NCBI GenBank assembly: GCA_964600685.1
Contig: CAZRKU010000003.1
Span: 196 to 64,195, forward strand
Length of the DNA: 64,000 nucleotides
Origin: an uncultured Frigidibacter sp.
GTDB lineage: Bacteria; Pseudomonadota; Alphaproteobacteria; Rhodobacterales; Rhodobacteraceae
Direction: 5' to 3'
Positions 10,194-19,659 of this stretch are shown in pieces. The position numbers and the translations under genes are program-made. Each line of letters starts with the position of its first letter. The stretch's first letter is position 1. The notes beneath the pieces were generated by a model. That model made no database searches and was not told where the DNA came from. It worked only from the letters and a program-made list of their open reading frames with translations.

Positions 10194-11002
10194 CGGAGAG
10201 GATGCCAGAAATGCTGAAAGAAATCGCCGCCACGGCCGTTCTCGCCCTGTCGTTGCTGTCAGATCCCGCCGCCGCGCAGGCAATGAAGGAGGCCGAGATC
10301 GAGGACTTCGCCTTTCCCTACGAAGGGCCGTTTGGCAAATTCGAAGAGAACCAGCTGCAACGCGGGCTTCAGATCTATACCCAAGTCTGCGCGGTCTGCC
10401 ACGGCATGAAGTTCGTGCCGATCCGGTCCTTGTCGGATGAGGGCGGCCCGCGCCTGCCGGAAGATCAGGTGCGTGCCTATGCGGCGCAATTCACCGTGGT
10501 GGACAAGGAAAGCGGCGAAGAGCGTCCGGCGACGCCTGCCGACAATTTTCCGGCCAACACCGGTGTCGGCGCGCCCGACCTGAGCCTGATGGCCAAGGCG
10601 CGCGCCGGGTTCCGCGGCCCCTATGGCCTCGGGATCAACCAGTTCATACGCGGGATGGGCGGGCCGGAATATATCCGGGCGCTGCTGACCGGCTACACCG
10701 AGGAAACCAAGGAAGAGGCCGGGTCGACCTTCTATCAGAACCATGCCTTCTCGACCGGCTGGATCTCCATGCCCCCGCCGCTGACCGACGATCTGGTGAC
10801 CTATGCCGACGGCACCGAAGCGACCGTCGAGCAGATGGCCGAAGACGTCTCGACCTTCCTGATGTGGGCGGCAGAGCCGAAGATGATGGAGCGCAAGCGC
10901 GCCGGGTTCCTGGCCGTCCTGTTCCTGGGTCTGATCGCCACGCTGCTCTATCTGACGAACAAGCGGCTCTGGGCGCCGCACAAGGGCAAGAAATCCGCCT
11001 GA
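10190..11002 (+). CDS. petC: Cytochrome c1
   Basis: Signal peptide, CAVCHG heme-binding motif and a C-terminal TM anchor ([16 protein letters not shown]). ATGA-type overlap with petB. The exact start is uncertain (alternative Met at codon 5 or 8). Confidence 0.9.
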   Translation: MTERMPEMLKEIAATAVLALSLLSDPAAAQAMKEAEIEDFAFPYEGPFGKFEENQLQRGLQIYTQVCAVCHGMKFVPIRSLSDEGGPRLPEDQVRAYAAQFTVVDKESGEERPATPADNFPANTGVGAPDLSLMAKARAGFRGPYGLGINQFIRGMGGPEYIRALLTGYTEETKEEAGSTFYQNHAFSTGWISMPPPLTDDLVTYADGTEATVEQMAEDVSTFLMWAAEPKMMERKRAGFLAVLFLGLIATLLYLTNKRLWAPHKGKKSA

Positions 11003-11064
11003 GCGCGCGATCGTGCGCGGGGGGCACCCCCAAAGGCCCCGGAGTGACTGAGCCAAGCTGAATG

Positions 11065-11092
11065 AGGCGCCCGGATGTCCGGGCGCCTTTTT
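11065..11092 (+). terminator. Rho-independent terminator after petC, possibly bidirectional with thiQ
   Basis: AGGCGCCCGGATGTCCGGGCGCCTTTTT: a 9-bp GC stem (GGCGCCCGG/CCGGGCGCC) with a 4-nt loop, followed by a T5 run. Confidence 0.65.
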
Positions 11093-11787
11093 CATGGGCC
11101 GAGATAGGCGCGAAGCACGGGCGGCGGATCGGCGAACAGATCGGCGGTTGGGCGGGGAGGATGGGCAAGTCCTTCGGCGACGAGGATCGTATGGCTGGCG
11201 ATCCGGCGGGCGTCCGAGGGATCGTGCGAAATCATGAGGACGGTGAGATTTCCTTCCACCGCGACCTCCTGCACCAGATCGAGCATTTCGGCCCTCAGTG
11301 CCGGACCCAGAGCGGCGAACGGTTCGTCCAGCAGCAGCAGGGGACGGGCCTGCAGCAGCGTGCGGGCAAGCGCCACTCGGCTTTGCTGGCCCCCCGAGAG
11401 CGCGCCGGGCTTGCGTTCGCCGAGTCCAGACAGGCTGACGCGGGCCAGCGCGGCCGCGACCGCGCTGCGATCGGCGTCCGTCAGCCGGAGGTCGGGGCGC
11501 AGGCCGAGCCCGAGATTCTGGTTCACGGTGAGGTGGGGAAAGAGGTTCTGGTCCTGAAAGAGGATCGAGAGCGGTCGTTTGCCCGGTGACAGATCGGCGA
11601 GGTCCTCTGCACCCCAAAGGATGCGGCCCGAGGTCGGCGGAACAAAACCCGCGATCGCACCGAGAAGCGTGGATTTGCCGGCGCCCGAGGGGCCGATCAC
11701 CGCCGTATGACTGCCGGTCGGCACGACGAGATCGGCGTGAAGCGCAAAATCGGTCTGGCGGATGGACAGGTGGTCAAGCGTCAGCAT
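11092..11787 (-). CDS. thiQ: Thiamine ABC transporter ATP-binding protein
   Basis: MLTLDHLSIRQ..., Walker A GPSGAGKST, signature LSGGQQSRV and Walker B LLLLDEP. It is the last gene of thiBPQ behind a TPP riboswitch. The track ORF extends to 11979, and I prefer the ATG at 11787. Confidence 0.85.
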   Translation of the reverse strand: MLTLDHLSIRQTDFALHADLVVPTGSHTAVIGPSGAGKSTLLGAIAGFVPPTSGRILWGAEDLADLSPGKRPLSILFQDQNLFPHLTVNQNLGLGLRPDLRLTDADRSAVAAALARVSLSGLGERKPGALSGGQQSRVALARTLLQARPLLLLDEPFAALGPALRAEMLDLVQEVAVEGNLTVLMISHDPSDARRIASHTILVAEGLAHPPRPTADLFADPPPVLRAYLGP

Positions 11788-13345
11788 CGTGGTGCCCCGT
11801 TCGGTCAATCGCCGAGAACAAAAGGAAGGCAAGGCCCATGAGGAGAACCGAGACCCCTGCAGCCGCATCGGTCCGGTAACTGCCCGCCAGGGCGTAAAGC
11901 TGCATGGGCAGGGTCGGCCGCGCGGGATCGGCGAACAGCGCGACTGCCCCAAGATCACCGGCCGCCAGCGCCGCCGCAAGTCCGCCCGCGAGGGCCAGCG
12001 GGCGGCGGAGCCGTGGCAAGATCAGCAGGCGGAGCGCGGACGGGCCGGTCAGGTCGAGGCTTTGGGCGAGGCGCCCGTAGTCGGCGCGGATGGTGCGCAG
12101 GTCGGGCAGGAGGATGCGCAGGCAGAAGGGCATCGCCATCACCGCGTTGACCAGCGCCGCGATGGGCAGGGCGATGGCCACCGGATCGGTGAGGGGCCGC
12201 AGGATCAGGAACAGTCCGGTGCCGAGAACCAGGGGTGAAGCGGTCAGCGCCAACATCGCCGCACCGTCCGCCAGCCGCGCCAACCGGTCGGACAGGCCGC
12301 TGATCATCAGACCGATGGCCAGCGAGAGGGTCAGGGCGATCCCGGTCGCGGCCAGCGCGATAAGGAGCGAGCGCAGGGCGGCAAGCCAGATGGCCGGACC
12401 GAGCGCCAGGACATGCGGCAAGCCCGAGATCAGCACGCTGAGAAGCGGCAATGCCAGGAACAGCGCACACAAAGTCAGCGCGACTGCATCAAGGACGAGC
12501 GCGCCCCTCCCGGTCCGCACCCAGGGCGCCAGGGATCGTCCGGCACCCGCACCGAAGGTCGTCGGGCTCACCAGAGCCAGGCTGCCGAGGGCGACGGCAA
12601 GCGACAGGAGCATCTGCAGACCCGCGAGGCTTGCCGCATGGGCAAGGTCGAACTCCATGCGGAAGGATTGGTAGATGGCGAGTTCAAGCGTCGTGGCGGC
12701 GGGCCCGCCGCCCAACATCAGGACGACGGTGAAGCTGGAGAGACAGACCAGGAAGACCGCCAGAAGCGCGCCGGGAAGAGTCGCACGCAGCAGCGGATAT
12801 TCGATCAGTCGCCGCACATCGGCCGGACCGAAATCGAGCGCGGCGGCAAGGCGGAAGCGCTCGGCGGGGATCGAGAGCCAGCCGTTCAGGATCATGCGGA
12901 CCGCCAGCGGCAGGTTCAGGAAGAGATGGGCGAGCAGGATACCGGTCAGCCCATAGATGCTGACCGTGGGCAGACCCAGTGCGGCAAGCGCACCATTGAG
13001 AAGACCCGAACGCCCGAAGATGGACAAGAGCCCCATCACCGCGACGAGGACCGGCAGGATGAAGGGGGCGCCCAGCGCGGCGATCAGGAGGGCGCGGCCC
13101 GGAAAGCTGCGCCGGGCGAGCGCGCGCGCCACCGGCACGGCGAGGCTGACGCTGAGAAGCGCCGACAGGCCGGCCTGCAGCAGCGTGAAGCGCAGCGCGA
13201 GCCAGTCGGCAGGAGTGAGCTGTCCCAGCCCGCCGGAGCGGGCCAGGACCGCGATCAGGCAGCCGAGGCCGAGCGCCAGCACGAAGGCGAGCGCCAGAAG
13301 CCCGGGCAGCGCGCCCGCGCCTATTGTGCGAGCGCGGCGCGCCAT
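11774..13345 (-). CDS. thiP: Thiamine/thiamine-pyrophosphate ABC transporter permease (duplicated 6-TM domain)
   Basis: 523 aa, very hydrophobic, with two tandem permease modules. It sits between the binding protein and ATPase genes. Confidence 0.85.
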   Translation of the reverse strand: MARRARTIGAGALPGLLALAFVLALGLGCLIAVLARSGGLGQLTPADWLALRFTLLQAGLSALLSVSLAVPVARALARRSFPGRALLIAALGAPFILPVLVAVMGLLSIFGRSGLLNGALAALGLPTVSIYGLTGILLAHLFLNLPLAVRMILNGWLSIPAERFRLAAALDFGPADVRRLIEYPLLRATLPGALLAVFLVCLSSFTVVLMLGGGPAATTLELAIYQSFRMEFDLAHAASLAGLQMLLSLAVALGSLALVSPTTFGAGAGRSLAPWVRTGRGALVLDAVALTLCALFLALPLLSVLISGLPHVLALGPAIWLAALRSLLIALAATGIALTLSLAIGLMISGLSDRLARLADGAAMLALTASPLVLGTGLFLILRPLTDPVAIALPIAALVNAVMAMPFCLRILLPDLRTIRADYGRLAQSLDLTGPSALRLLILPRLRRPLALAGGLAAALAAGDLGAVALFADPARPTLPMQLYALAGSYRTDAAAGVSVLLMGLAFLLFSAIDRTGHHDADA

Positions 13346-14325
13346 TCCTCGGTCGCCTTGTCGCGCAGGGCTGCGGCTTCGGCTGCGGACAGCATCAGCG
13401 CCTTCTGCGGCTGAATCAGAGTCTCGAACCCTTTGGGCAGACCCTCCGGGGGTGTGACGGCGGGATACATCCAGTTGGTTTCCGGGATGATCGTCTGGAA
13501 GGCTGGCGAGGTCATGAAGGCGAGGAGCTGGTCCGCCAGTTCGCCATTCGGGCTGGTGGCGATCTTGCCCGCGACCTCGACCTGAAGATAATGGCCTTCG
13601 GCGAAGGGCGCGGCGGCCTTCGTGTCATCCTGTTCGGCAATCAGATGATAGGCGGGCGAGGTGGTGTAGGACAGGACCATATCCGACTCGCCCTTCAGGA
13701 ACAGGCCATAGGCTTCGGACCAGCCGGGGGTGACGGTGACGATATTGTCCTTCAGGCCGGTCCAGATCTCGGCGGCCTTGTCGCCATAGGCGGCCTTCAC
13801 CCACATCAGGAGGCCGAGGCCGGGCGAGGAGGAGCGCGGATCCTCGATCACGATCTTCAGGTCCGACGCACCGAGGGCGGCGAAATCGGCCGGTGGGGCC
13901 GTGACTTTGGTCTTGTCATAGACGAAGGCGAAATAGCCCCAGTCGAAGGGCACGAAGATCGGATCGTCCCAGGTGACAGGCAGGCTCAGGGCGAGGTCGG
14001 CGGCGGGCCGGGGGGCGAAGAGGCCGCTCGCCTCGGCCTCGGCCATCAGGTTGTTGTCAAGGCCGAGCACCACGTCGGCCTTGGTATCCTTGCCTTCCAG
14101 CAGAACCCGCGACAGGAGCGCTGCCGCGTCGCCGGGGGCCACATATTGCAGATCGCAGGCGCAGGTCGCCTCGAACGCCTTTTCGACCGCCGGGCCGGGG
14201 CCCCATTCGGATACGAAACTGTCGTAGGTATAGACGGTGAGCACGGGCTTATCCTCGGCCAGCAAGGCGCTGGCCGCAAGGATACCCGCGATCATCGGAA
14301 CCGAGATTCTGGTCAGTCTTTTCAT
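13321..14325 (-). CDS. thiB: Thiamine ABC transporter periplasmic substrate-binding protein
   Basis: 334 aa with a signal peptide (MKRLTRISVPMIAGILAASALLA) and a family-1 SBP fold. It lies immediately downstream of a TPP riboswitch. Confidence 0.85.
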   Translation of the reverse strand: MKRLTRISVPMIAGILAASALLAEDKPVLTVYTYDSFVSEWGPGPAVEKAFEATCACDLQYVAPGDAAALLSRVLLEGKDTKADVVLGLDNNLMAEAEASGLFAPRPAADLALSLPVTWDDPIFVPFDWGYFAFVYDKTKVTAPPADFAALGASDLKIVIEDPRSSSPGLGLLMWVKAAYGDKAAEIWTGLKDNIVTVTPGWSEAYGLFLKGESDMVLSYTTSPAYHLIAEQDDTKAAAPFAEGHYLQVEVAGKIATSPNGELADQLLAFMTSPAFQTIIPETNWMYPAVTPPEGLPKGFETLIQPQKALMLSAAEAAALRDKATEEWRAALAQ

Positions 14326-14367
14326 CTCTCATCCTCCAATGGTCAGGCGGGCGGAGATGGGGGTGGA

Positions 14368-14467
14368 GCGTCGTGTCCTACCTTCCCTCCGCCGGTCTTA
14401 ACCGGTTCAGGTTCAACGGGTCCGCTTTCGCATCTCAGCCCTGTGGCAGGGCACCCCGAGGTGACGC
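14368..14467 (-). promoter_or_regulatory. TPP (THI-box) riboswitch in the thiBPQ leader
   Basis: The minus strand reads GCGTCACCTCGGGGTGCCCTGCCACAGGGCTGAGATGCGAAAGCGGACCCGTTGAACCTGAACCGGTTAAGACCGGCGGAGGGAAGGTAGGACACGACGC. It contains the conserved GGGGUGC...GCUGAGA...ACCC...AACCUGA..CCGG.UAA.ACCGGCG.AGGGA elements and a closing P1 stem (GCGTC/GACGC). The GGAGGA Shine-Dalgarno and ATG follow within about 40 nt. Confidence 0.85.
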
Positions 14468-14521
14468 GCACCATAACGCAGGGAAACGCGGGCGCAAGGC
14501 GGAAATGCCGCTTGCGCAAGA

Positions 14522-15016
14522 GTGCCCTTGGATCCAGTATTTGATCAAATCATGGAGGCCCTGCTGACCGTGACCCTCAGAGCGCTGACCCGGGAGGATG
14601 CCGGTCTCGCTGCCCGGTTCGTGGCTGCACTGATCGGCGAACTTGCCCCCGGCTGTCAGCCGGACCTGACGGCCATGACCGGGACGGCGCGGGTTTTGCT
14701 TGCCACGCCTGCCGTCGCCGGGCTGGTCGCAAGCCGGAGCGGGCGGGAGGTGGGGTTGATCCTGTTGAACGAATGCGCGGCAATCCATGCCGGCGGGCGG
14801 TTCGGCGAGATCACCGAGCTTTATGTTCTTCCCGACCACCGCTCCCGCGGGATCGCACGGCGGCTGGTGGCGGAGGCGACCGTTCTGGCCCGGGCGCGCG
14901 GCTGGACCCGGCTTGAGGTCGGCGCGCCGGAGCAGCCCGTTTGGGCGCGAACCAGGGCCTTTTATGAACGCGAGGGCTTTGCCGAGGTCGGGCCGCGGCT
15001 GAAACGGACGCTCTGA
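14522..15016 (+). CDS. GNAT family N-acetyltransferase
   Basis: About 155-164 aa with acetyl-CoA binding motif A (LYVLPDHRSRGIARRLV) and a C-terminal YEREGF. The alternative start at 14552 (MEALL) is equally plausible. Confidence 0.75.
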   Translation: MPLDPVFDQIMEALLTVTLRALTREDAGLAARFVAALIGELAPGCQPDLTAMTGTARVLLATPAVAGLVASRSGREVGLILLNECAAIHAGGRFGEITELYVLPDHRSRGIARRLVAEATVLARARGWTRLEVGAPEQPVWARTRAFYEREGFAEVGPRLKRTL

Positions 15017-15136
15017 GGGGGCCCTGCCCCCTCGCCCCGGGGATATTTGGACCAGAATGAAGGGGCGGGGAAACCTCCATGCTTGAGCCGGAGGGCGGCG
15101 TCCTTTATGCCGCGAGGCAGGACAGGAGTGCCTCGC

Positions 15137-16237
15137 ATGAGCTATAACACCTTCGGTCATCTCTTCCGTGTCACTACTTGGGGTGAAAGCCATGGGCCGG
15201 CGTTGGGCGCGACCGTTGATGGCTGCCCGCCGGGCGTGCAACTGGCGGAAGGGATGATCCAGCACTGGCTGGACCGCAGGCGGCCAGGGCAGAACAAATA
15301 CACCACGCAGCGACGCGAGCCAGACGAGGTGAAGATCCTGTCGGGCGTCTATGACGGGCGGACGACCGGCACGCCCATCCAGCTGATGATCGAGAACACC
15401 GACCAGCGGTCGAAGGATTACGGCGAGATCGCCCGGACCTTCAGGCCGGGGCATGCGGACATCACCTATCATCAGAAATACGGGCTGCGCGATCCGCGCG
15501 GCGGCGGGCGCTCGAGCGCGCGGGAAACGGCGGCGCGGGTGGCGGCGGGGGGCGTCGCGCGGGAGGTTCTGAAGGCGCTGGCGCCGGGGATCGAGCTTCA
15601 GGGCTATATGCTGCAGATGGGGCGGCTTGCAGCCGACCGCGACCGGTTCGACCTGGAGGAAATCGAGCGCAATCCCTTCTGGTGCCCCGATGCGGCGATG
15701 GCGGAGATGTGGGCGGCAGAGTTGGACCGGCTGAGGAAGGACGGCAACTCGGTGGGCGCGGTGGTCGAGGTGGTGGCCAGGGGCGTGCCCGCCGGGCTCG
15801 GTGCGCCGATCTATGGCAAGCTGGACGCAGGCCTTGCGGCGGCGATGATGTCGATCAACGCGGTCAAAGGGGTGGAGATCGGCGCGGGCATGGCGGCGGC
15901 GGGACTGACCGGGGTTGAGAATGCCGACGAGATCCGGATGGGCGCCGGGGGGCCGGAGTTCCTGTCGAACCATGCCGGGGGCATCCTTGGCGGCATTTCG
16001 ACCGGGCAGGACGTGGTCTGCCGGTTCGCGGTCAAGCCCACATCGTCGATCCTGACGCCACGCCGGTCGGTCACGCTGGCGGGCGAAGAGAACGAGGTGG
16101 TGACGAAGGGCCGCCACGACCCCTGCGTCGGCATCCGCGCCGTGCCGGTGGGCGAAGCGATGATGGCCTGCGTGATCCTGGATCATCTCCTGCTGGACCG
16201 GGGCCAGACCGGCGGGGTCCGGGGGCTGATCGGCTAG
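15137..16237 (+). CDS. aroC: Chorismate synthase
   Basis: [39 protein letters not shown] and RHDPCVG signatures. The track ORF starts at 15047, and I prefer 15137. Confidence 0.95.
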   Translation: MSYNTFGHLFRVTTWGESHGPALGATVDGCPPGVQLAEGMIQHWLDRRRPGQNKYTTQRREPDEVKILSGVYDGRTTGTPIQLMIENTDQRSKDYGEIARTFRPGHADITYHQKYGLRDPRGGGRSSARETAARVAAGGVAREVLKALAPGIELQGYMLQMGRLAADRDRFDLEEIERNPFWCPDAAMAEMWAAELDRLRKDGNSVGAVVEVVARGVPAGLGAPIYGKLDAGLAAAMMSINAVKGVEIGAGMAAAGLTGVENADEIRMGAGGPEFLSNHAGGILGGISTGQDVVCRFAVKPTSSILTPRRSVTLAGEENEVVTKGRHDPCVGIRAVPVGEAMMACVILDHLLLDRGQTGGVRGLIG

Positions 16238-16720
16238 ACCGAACCGCCGAGGGTGCGGCGACGGTTTAACTCGCGTTTCAGCCCCTTCTCGCCCTGCGCC
16301 ATGGCCCAGCGGTGGTTCCAGGCAAACGGAGGGAACCGGAGGGGCGCGGGGGCGGAAGAGCGGGCGGGTCGGCGCTGACCTGCCAGTCATAGCCGATGAG
16401 CGCCCGGGGGCCGTCCTGCATCAGCTGCCAGACCCCTGCCCGGTCAGATCGCCGGTTGCCCTGATCACCCGGCGGTGGGGGCGCTGGTCTTCGCTGAGCG
16501 TGGCCTCCCAGTGCAGGTGATAGGGCAGCCAGCCTTTGGAATGGATCGCAATCCGGCTGCCGAGGCCCGCCGCATCGCCCCGGTCAAGCGTGCGGTTGCC
16601 GAGATAGACCCGCCCCCACCAGTCGGGGAAACGTTCGGGTTCCGACAGGATCGCGGCGACCTCGGAAATTCCGGCCTCGACCCGCCAGCGGGTGGTGATC
16701 TGGAAAACGTGCGCGGCCAT
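16234..16720 (-). pseudogene. SRPBCC (polyketide cyclase/dehydrase-like) protein gene interrupted by two frameshifts
   Basis: Frame A (16720-16421) reads MAAHVFQITTRWRVEAG...PERFPDWWG...ATGDLTGQGSGS*. The homologous continuation appears in a second frame (VWQLMQDGPRALIGYDWQV) and then a third ([46 protein letters not shown]). The first shift is at a G-run near 16425-16432 and the second near 16370-16380. Confidence 0.55.
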
Positions 16721-16827
16721 GCCTGCCCCCTTTGGCGCAGTATACGGCAAAAGGGCGCCGGAGTTGCGGTGCGACGGAAATCTGTCCGGTGGGCGTGAAA
16801 GGAAATGGGGGGGGCAGGGAGGATCAT

Positions 16828-17709
16828 ATGTTTCGTTGGATCTGTGTCGTTCTGCTGATCTGCGGCGTGACGGCGGCGCGGGCCGATGTCCGCCGGGTGA
16901 GTTTCGACTTCGGGGGCCAGGCGCGCAGCTATCTCCTCTATACCCCCGACCGGCCCGCTGTCGGGCCAAGGCCGCTGGTTCTGGTGCTGCATGGCGGGGG
17001 CGGATCGGCGCGGGAGGTGCGGGTCAGCACCCGGCGCGGGTTCGAGCGGCTGGCGGAGCGCGACGGGTTCTCCGTGGTCTATCCCGACGCGATCGGGCGG
17101 ATCTGGGATACCGGCCGTGGCGAGATCTCGGTGCGCCTTGCCCCCCGGCGGGATGATCTGGGGTTTCTGAAGGCGGTGATCGAAAGCGTTTCAGCCGCGG
17201 TTCCGGTCGACCGGCAAAGGGTTTTCGCGACGGGGATTTCGCGGGGCGGGCAGGCGAGTTACATGCTGGCCTGCGAGACAAGCGGTCTGATCAGGGCCAT
17301 CGCGCCCGTGGCCATGACCCTGCCCGAGGCGCAGGTGGCGGCCTGCCCGAACCGGGGGCCGGTCGGGTTTCTGCTGATCATGGGCACCGACGATCCGATC
17401 GTGCCTTATGCGGGCGGGCGGATCGAGATTTTCGGGCGGGCGCGTGACCGGGTTCTTTCGGCGGACGCGACCTTCCGCGCCTTCTTGCGCCGGAACGGCT
17501 GTTCGGGGACCGAGGCGCTGGCCCGGACGGGTCAGGTGATCCGGGAGGGTGGGACCGGCTGCGCGGCCCCGGTCCAGATCGACCGGGTGGGCGGCGGCGG
17601 GCATGGCTGGCCGTCGGGGCGCAAGCTCTTTGGCACGGGACGCGGCGGGCCGGTCAGCGGCGATATTGCGGCGACCGAGGAAATCTGGAAGTTTTTCAGC
17701 CGGTTCTGA
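16828..17709 (+). CDS. Secreted alpha/beta-hydrolase esterase, PHB-depolymerase (LpqC) family
   Basis: Signal peptide MFRWICVVLLICGVTAARA, VLVLHGGGGS, and a nucleophile-elbow-like GISRGG. The track ORF starts at 16732. Confidence 0.75.
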   Translation: MFRWICVVLLICGVTAARADVRRVSFDFGGQARSYLLYTPDRPAVGPRPLVLVLHGGGGSAREVRVSTRRGFERLAERDGFSVVYPDAIGRIWDTGRGEISVRLAPRRDDLGFLKAVIESVSAAVPVDRQRVFATGISRGGQASYMLACETSGLIRAIAPVAMTLPEAQVAACPNRGPVGFLLIMGTDDPIVPYAGGRIEIFGRARDRVLSADATFRAFLRRNGCSGTEALARTGQVIREGGTGCAAPVQIDRVGGGGHGWPSGRKLFGTGRGGPVSGDIAATEEIWKFFSRF

Positions 17710-17710
17710 G

Positions 17711-17742
17711 CAAAACAAAGGGGGCGCCAGACCGGCGCCCCC
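17711..17742 (-). terminator. Rho-independent terminator downstream of the HU gene
   Basis: The minus strand reads GGGGGCGCCGGTCTGGCGCCCCCTTTGTTTTG: a 9-bp GC stem (GGGGGCGCC/GGCGCCCCC) followed by a T-rich tail. Confidence 0.6.
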
Positions 17743-17766
17743 GAGTGGACCTGGCCCGATGCCGGA

Positions 17767-18054
17767 TCAGCCGTTGACACTGTCTTTCAGCGCCTTGGCA
17801 ATGGCGATCTTGACAACCTTGTCAGCCGGCTTGGTCATGGTTTCACCGGTCGCGGGGTTGCGCACCTGACGCTCGGGGCGGCTGCGGCAGACGACCTTGC
17901 CGATCCCCGGCAGGGCGACGGCGCCACCGTTGGCGACTTCACGCGCGACGACTGCCGCGATGGCATCCAGCGCGCCGGATGCGGTTTTCTTGTCCGATCC
18001 CATTGCGTCGGCGATTGCGGCCACAAGCTGGGTTTTCGTCATCGGTTTGGACAT
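17767..18054 (-). CDS. HU family DNA-binding protein
   Basis: 95 aa, MSKPMTKTQLVAAIADAMG...GIGKVVCRSRPERQVRNPATGETM, the typical HU/IHF arm. The track ORF extends to 18126. Confidence 0.85.
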   Translation of the reverse strand: MSKPMTKTQLVAAIADAMGSDKKTASGALDAIAAVVAREVANGGAVALPGIGKVVCRSRPERQVRNPATGETMTKPADKVVKIAIAKALKDSVNG

Positions 18055-18183
18055 GTCTGTCTCCTTGTCGGCCCCGCTTACGGGGGTCATTCTTACCGCC
18101 GTTCTTTGGCTGTGGCGGTCAGACACACGTTTTTTGGCCGCAAGGCAAGCGCTTTTCGCCGATTCAGGCGCTTTTCCCGTGCG

Positions 18184-19659
18184 TCAGAGGAAGGCTGTTT
18201 CCTCAAAGCTACGCAACTTTCGGCTGTGAATCCGCTCGAGCGGCATGGCGCGCAGCCGTTCCATCGCGCGCACCCCGATGAGGAGATGGCGGCTGACCTG
18301 GGTGCGGTAGAACTCGGTCGCCATGCCGGGGAGTTTCAGCTCTCCGTGCAGCGGCTTGTCGGAAACGCAGAGGAGCGTGCCGTAGGGGACGCGGAAGCGG
18401 AAACCGTTGGCGGCGATGGTGGCGCTTTCCATGTCGAGCGCGATGGCGCGCGACTGGCTGAGGCGCTGGACCGGGCCGGATTTGTCGCGAAGCTCCCAGT
18501 TGCGATTGTCGATGGTGGCCACGGTGCCGGTGCGCATGATGCGCTTCAACTCATAGCCCTCAAGCTCGGTGACTTCGGCGACCGCCTCCTGCAGGGCGAT
18601 CTGGATTTCGGCCAGTGCAGGGATCGGCACCCAGACCGGCAGGTCGGCGTCGAGCACATGGTCTTCGCGGACATAGGCATGGGCGAGGACGAAATCGCCC
18701 AGCGACTGCGAATTCCTGAGGCCCGCGCAATGGCCGACCATCAGCCAGGCATGGGGGCGCAGCACCGCGATATGGTCGGTCGCGGTCTTCGCATTCGACG
18801 GGCCGACCCCGATGTTGACCAGCGTGATCCCCTGCCCGCCCCGGCGTTTCAGGTGGTAGGTCGGCATTTGCGGGAATTTGGTCAGCGCGTGGATATGGCC
18901 GTCGGCGGCGGTGATTTCGGCGTTTCCGGGAGCGACAAAACTTGTGTAACCCGAGGAGGGGTCAGCGAGCGCGGCGCGGGCAAACGCCTCGAACTCGTCG
19001 ACATAATACTGGTAGTTAGTGAAGAGGACGTGGTTCTGGAAATGCACCGGATCGGTCGCGGTATAGTGCGACAGGCGGGCCAGCGAATAGTCCACCCGTT
19101 GCGCGGTGAAGGGCGCGAGGTGGCCCGATCCGTCGGCATTCGGTCTGGCGGTGCCGTTGACGATGTCATCGTTCGTGGTGGTCAGGTCCGGCACGTCGAA
19201 CACATCGCGGAGCGGGAAGTCGAGGACGCCTTCCTGCGGCACGGTCAGGTTGGGGTTCGAGGCGACGGCGAAATGCACCGGCATGGGCGTGGTGCTGGGC
19301 CCGACGGTAACCGGCACGCCGTGATTGCGGATCAGAAGGTCAAGCTGCTGGACCAGATAGTGTCGGAACAGGTCGGGGCGGGTGATCGTGGCTACATAAG
19401 TGCCGGGCACTGCCAGATGGCCAAAGCTCATCCGGCTGTCGCCGGTGGCGTGGCTGGTCGTGGTGAGGCGCACTTCGGGATAGAAGGCGCGGACCCGGCG
19501 GGCCGGACGGTCGCCGTTCAGGGTGGCGGTGAACTGATCGGTCAGGAAATGCATGGCCTGTGCATAAAGCGCCTCCAGCCGGGAAACGGCGGCTTCGGCG
19601 TCGGTGAAATCTTGCGCCGGGGCGGCAAGGGGCATCAGAAAGGCCGCGTCAGACTTCAT
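18184..19659 (-). CDS. amn: AMP nucleosidase
   Basis: 491 aa. An Amn-specific N-terminal domain plus a C-terminal PNP/UDP phosphorylase-type catalytic domain (GVGPSNAKT...MESATIA). Confidence 0.88.
   Translation of the reverse strand: MKSDAAFLMPLAAPAQDFTDAEAAVSRLEALYAQAMHFLTDQFTATLNGDRPARRVRAFYPEVRLTTTSHATGDSRMSFGHLAVPGTYVATITRPDLFRHYLVQQLDLLIRNHGVPVTVGPSTTPMPVHFAVASNPNLTVPQEGVLDFPLRDVFDVPDLTTTNDDIVNGTARPNADGSGHLAPFTAQRVDYSLARLSHYTATDPVHFQNHVLFTNYQYYVDEFEAFARAALADPSSGYTSFVAPGNAEITAADGHIHALTKFPQMPTYHLKRRGGQGITLVNIGVGPSNAKTATDHIAVLRPHAWLMVGHCAGLRNSQSLGDFVLAHAYVREDHVLDADLPVWVPIPALAEIQIALQEAVAEVTELEGYELKRIMRTGTVATIDNRNWELRDKSGPVQRLSQSRAIALDMESATIAANGFRFRVPYGTLLCVSDKPLHGELKLPGMATEFYRTQVSRHLLIGVRAMERLRAMPLERIHSRKLRSFEETAFL

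Noticed and set aside
8415-10283. 622-aa minus-strand ORF across petA/petB
   Set aside because: It is antisense to the unmistakable Rieske and cytochrome b genes, with a low-complexity, Arg-rich translation. It is a GC-driven shadow ORF.
14435-16390. 651-aa minus-strand ORF across the GNAT gene and aroC
   Set aside because: It is antisense to aroC and to the GNAT gene and has no recognisable domains. Only its extreme 5' part (about 16340-16390) coincides with the SRPBCC pseudogene region, and there it is in a different frame from the homologous reading.
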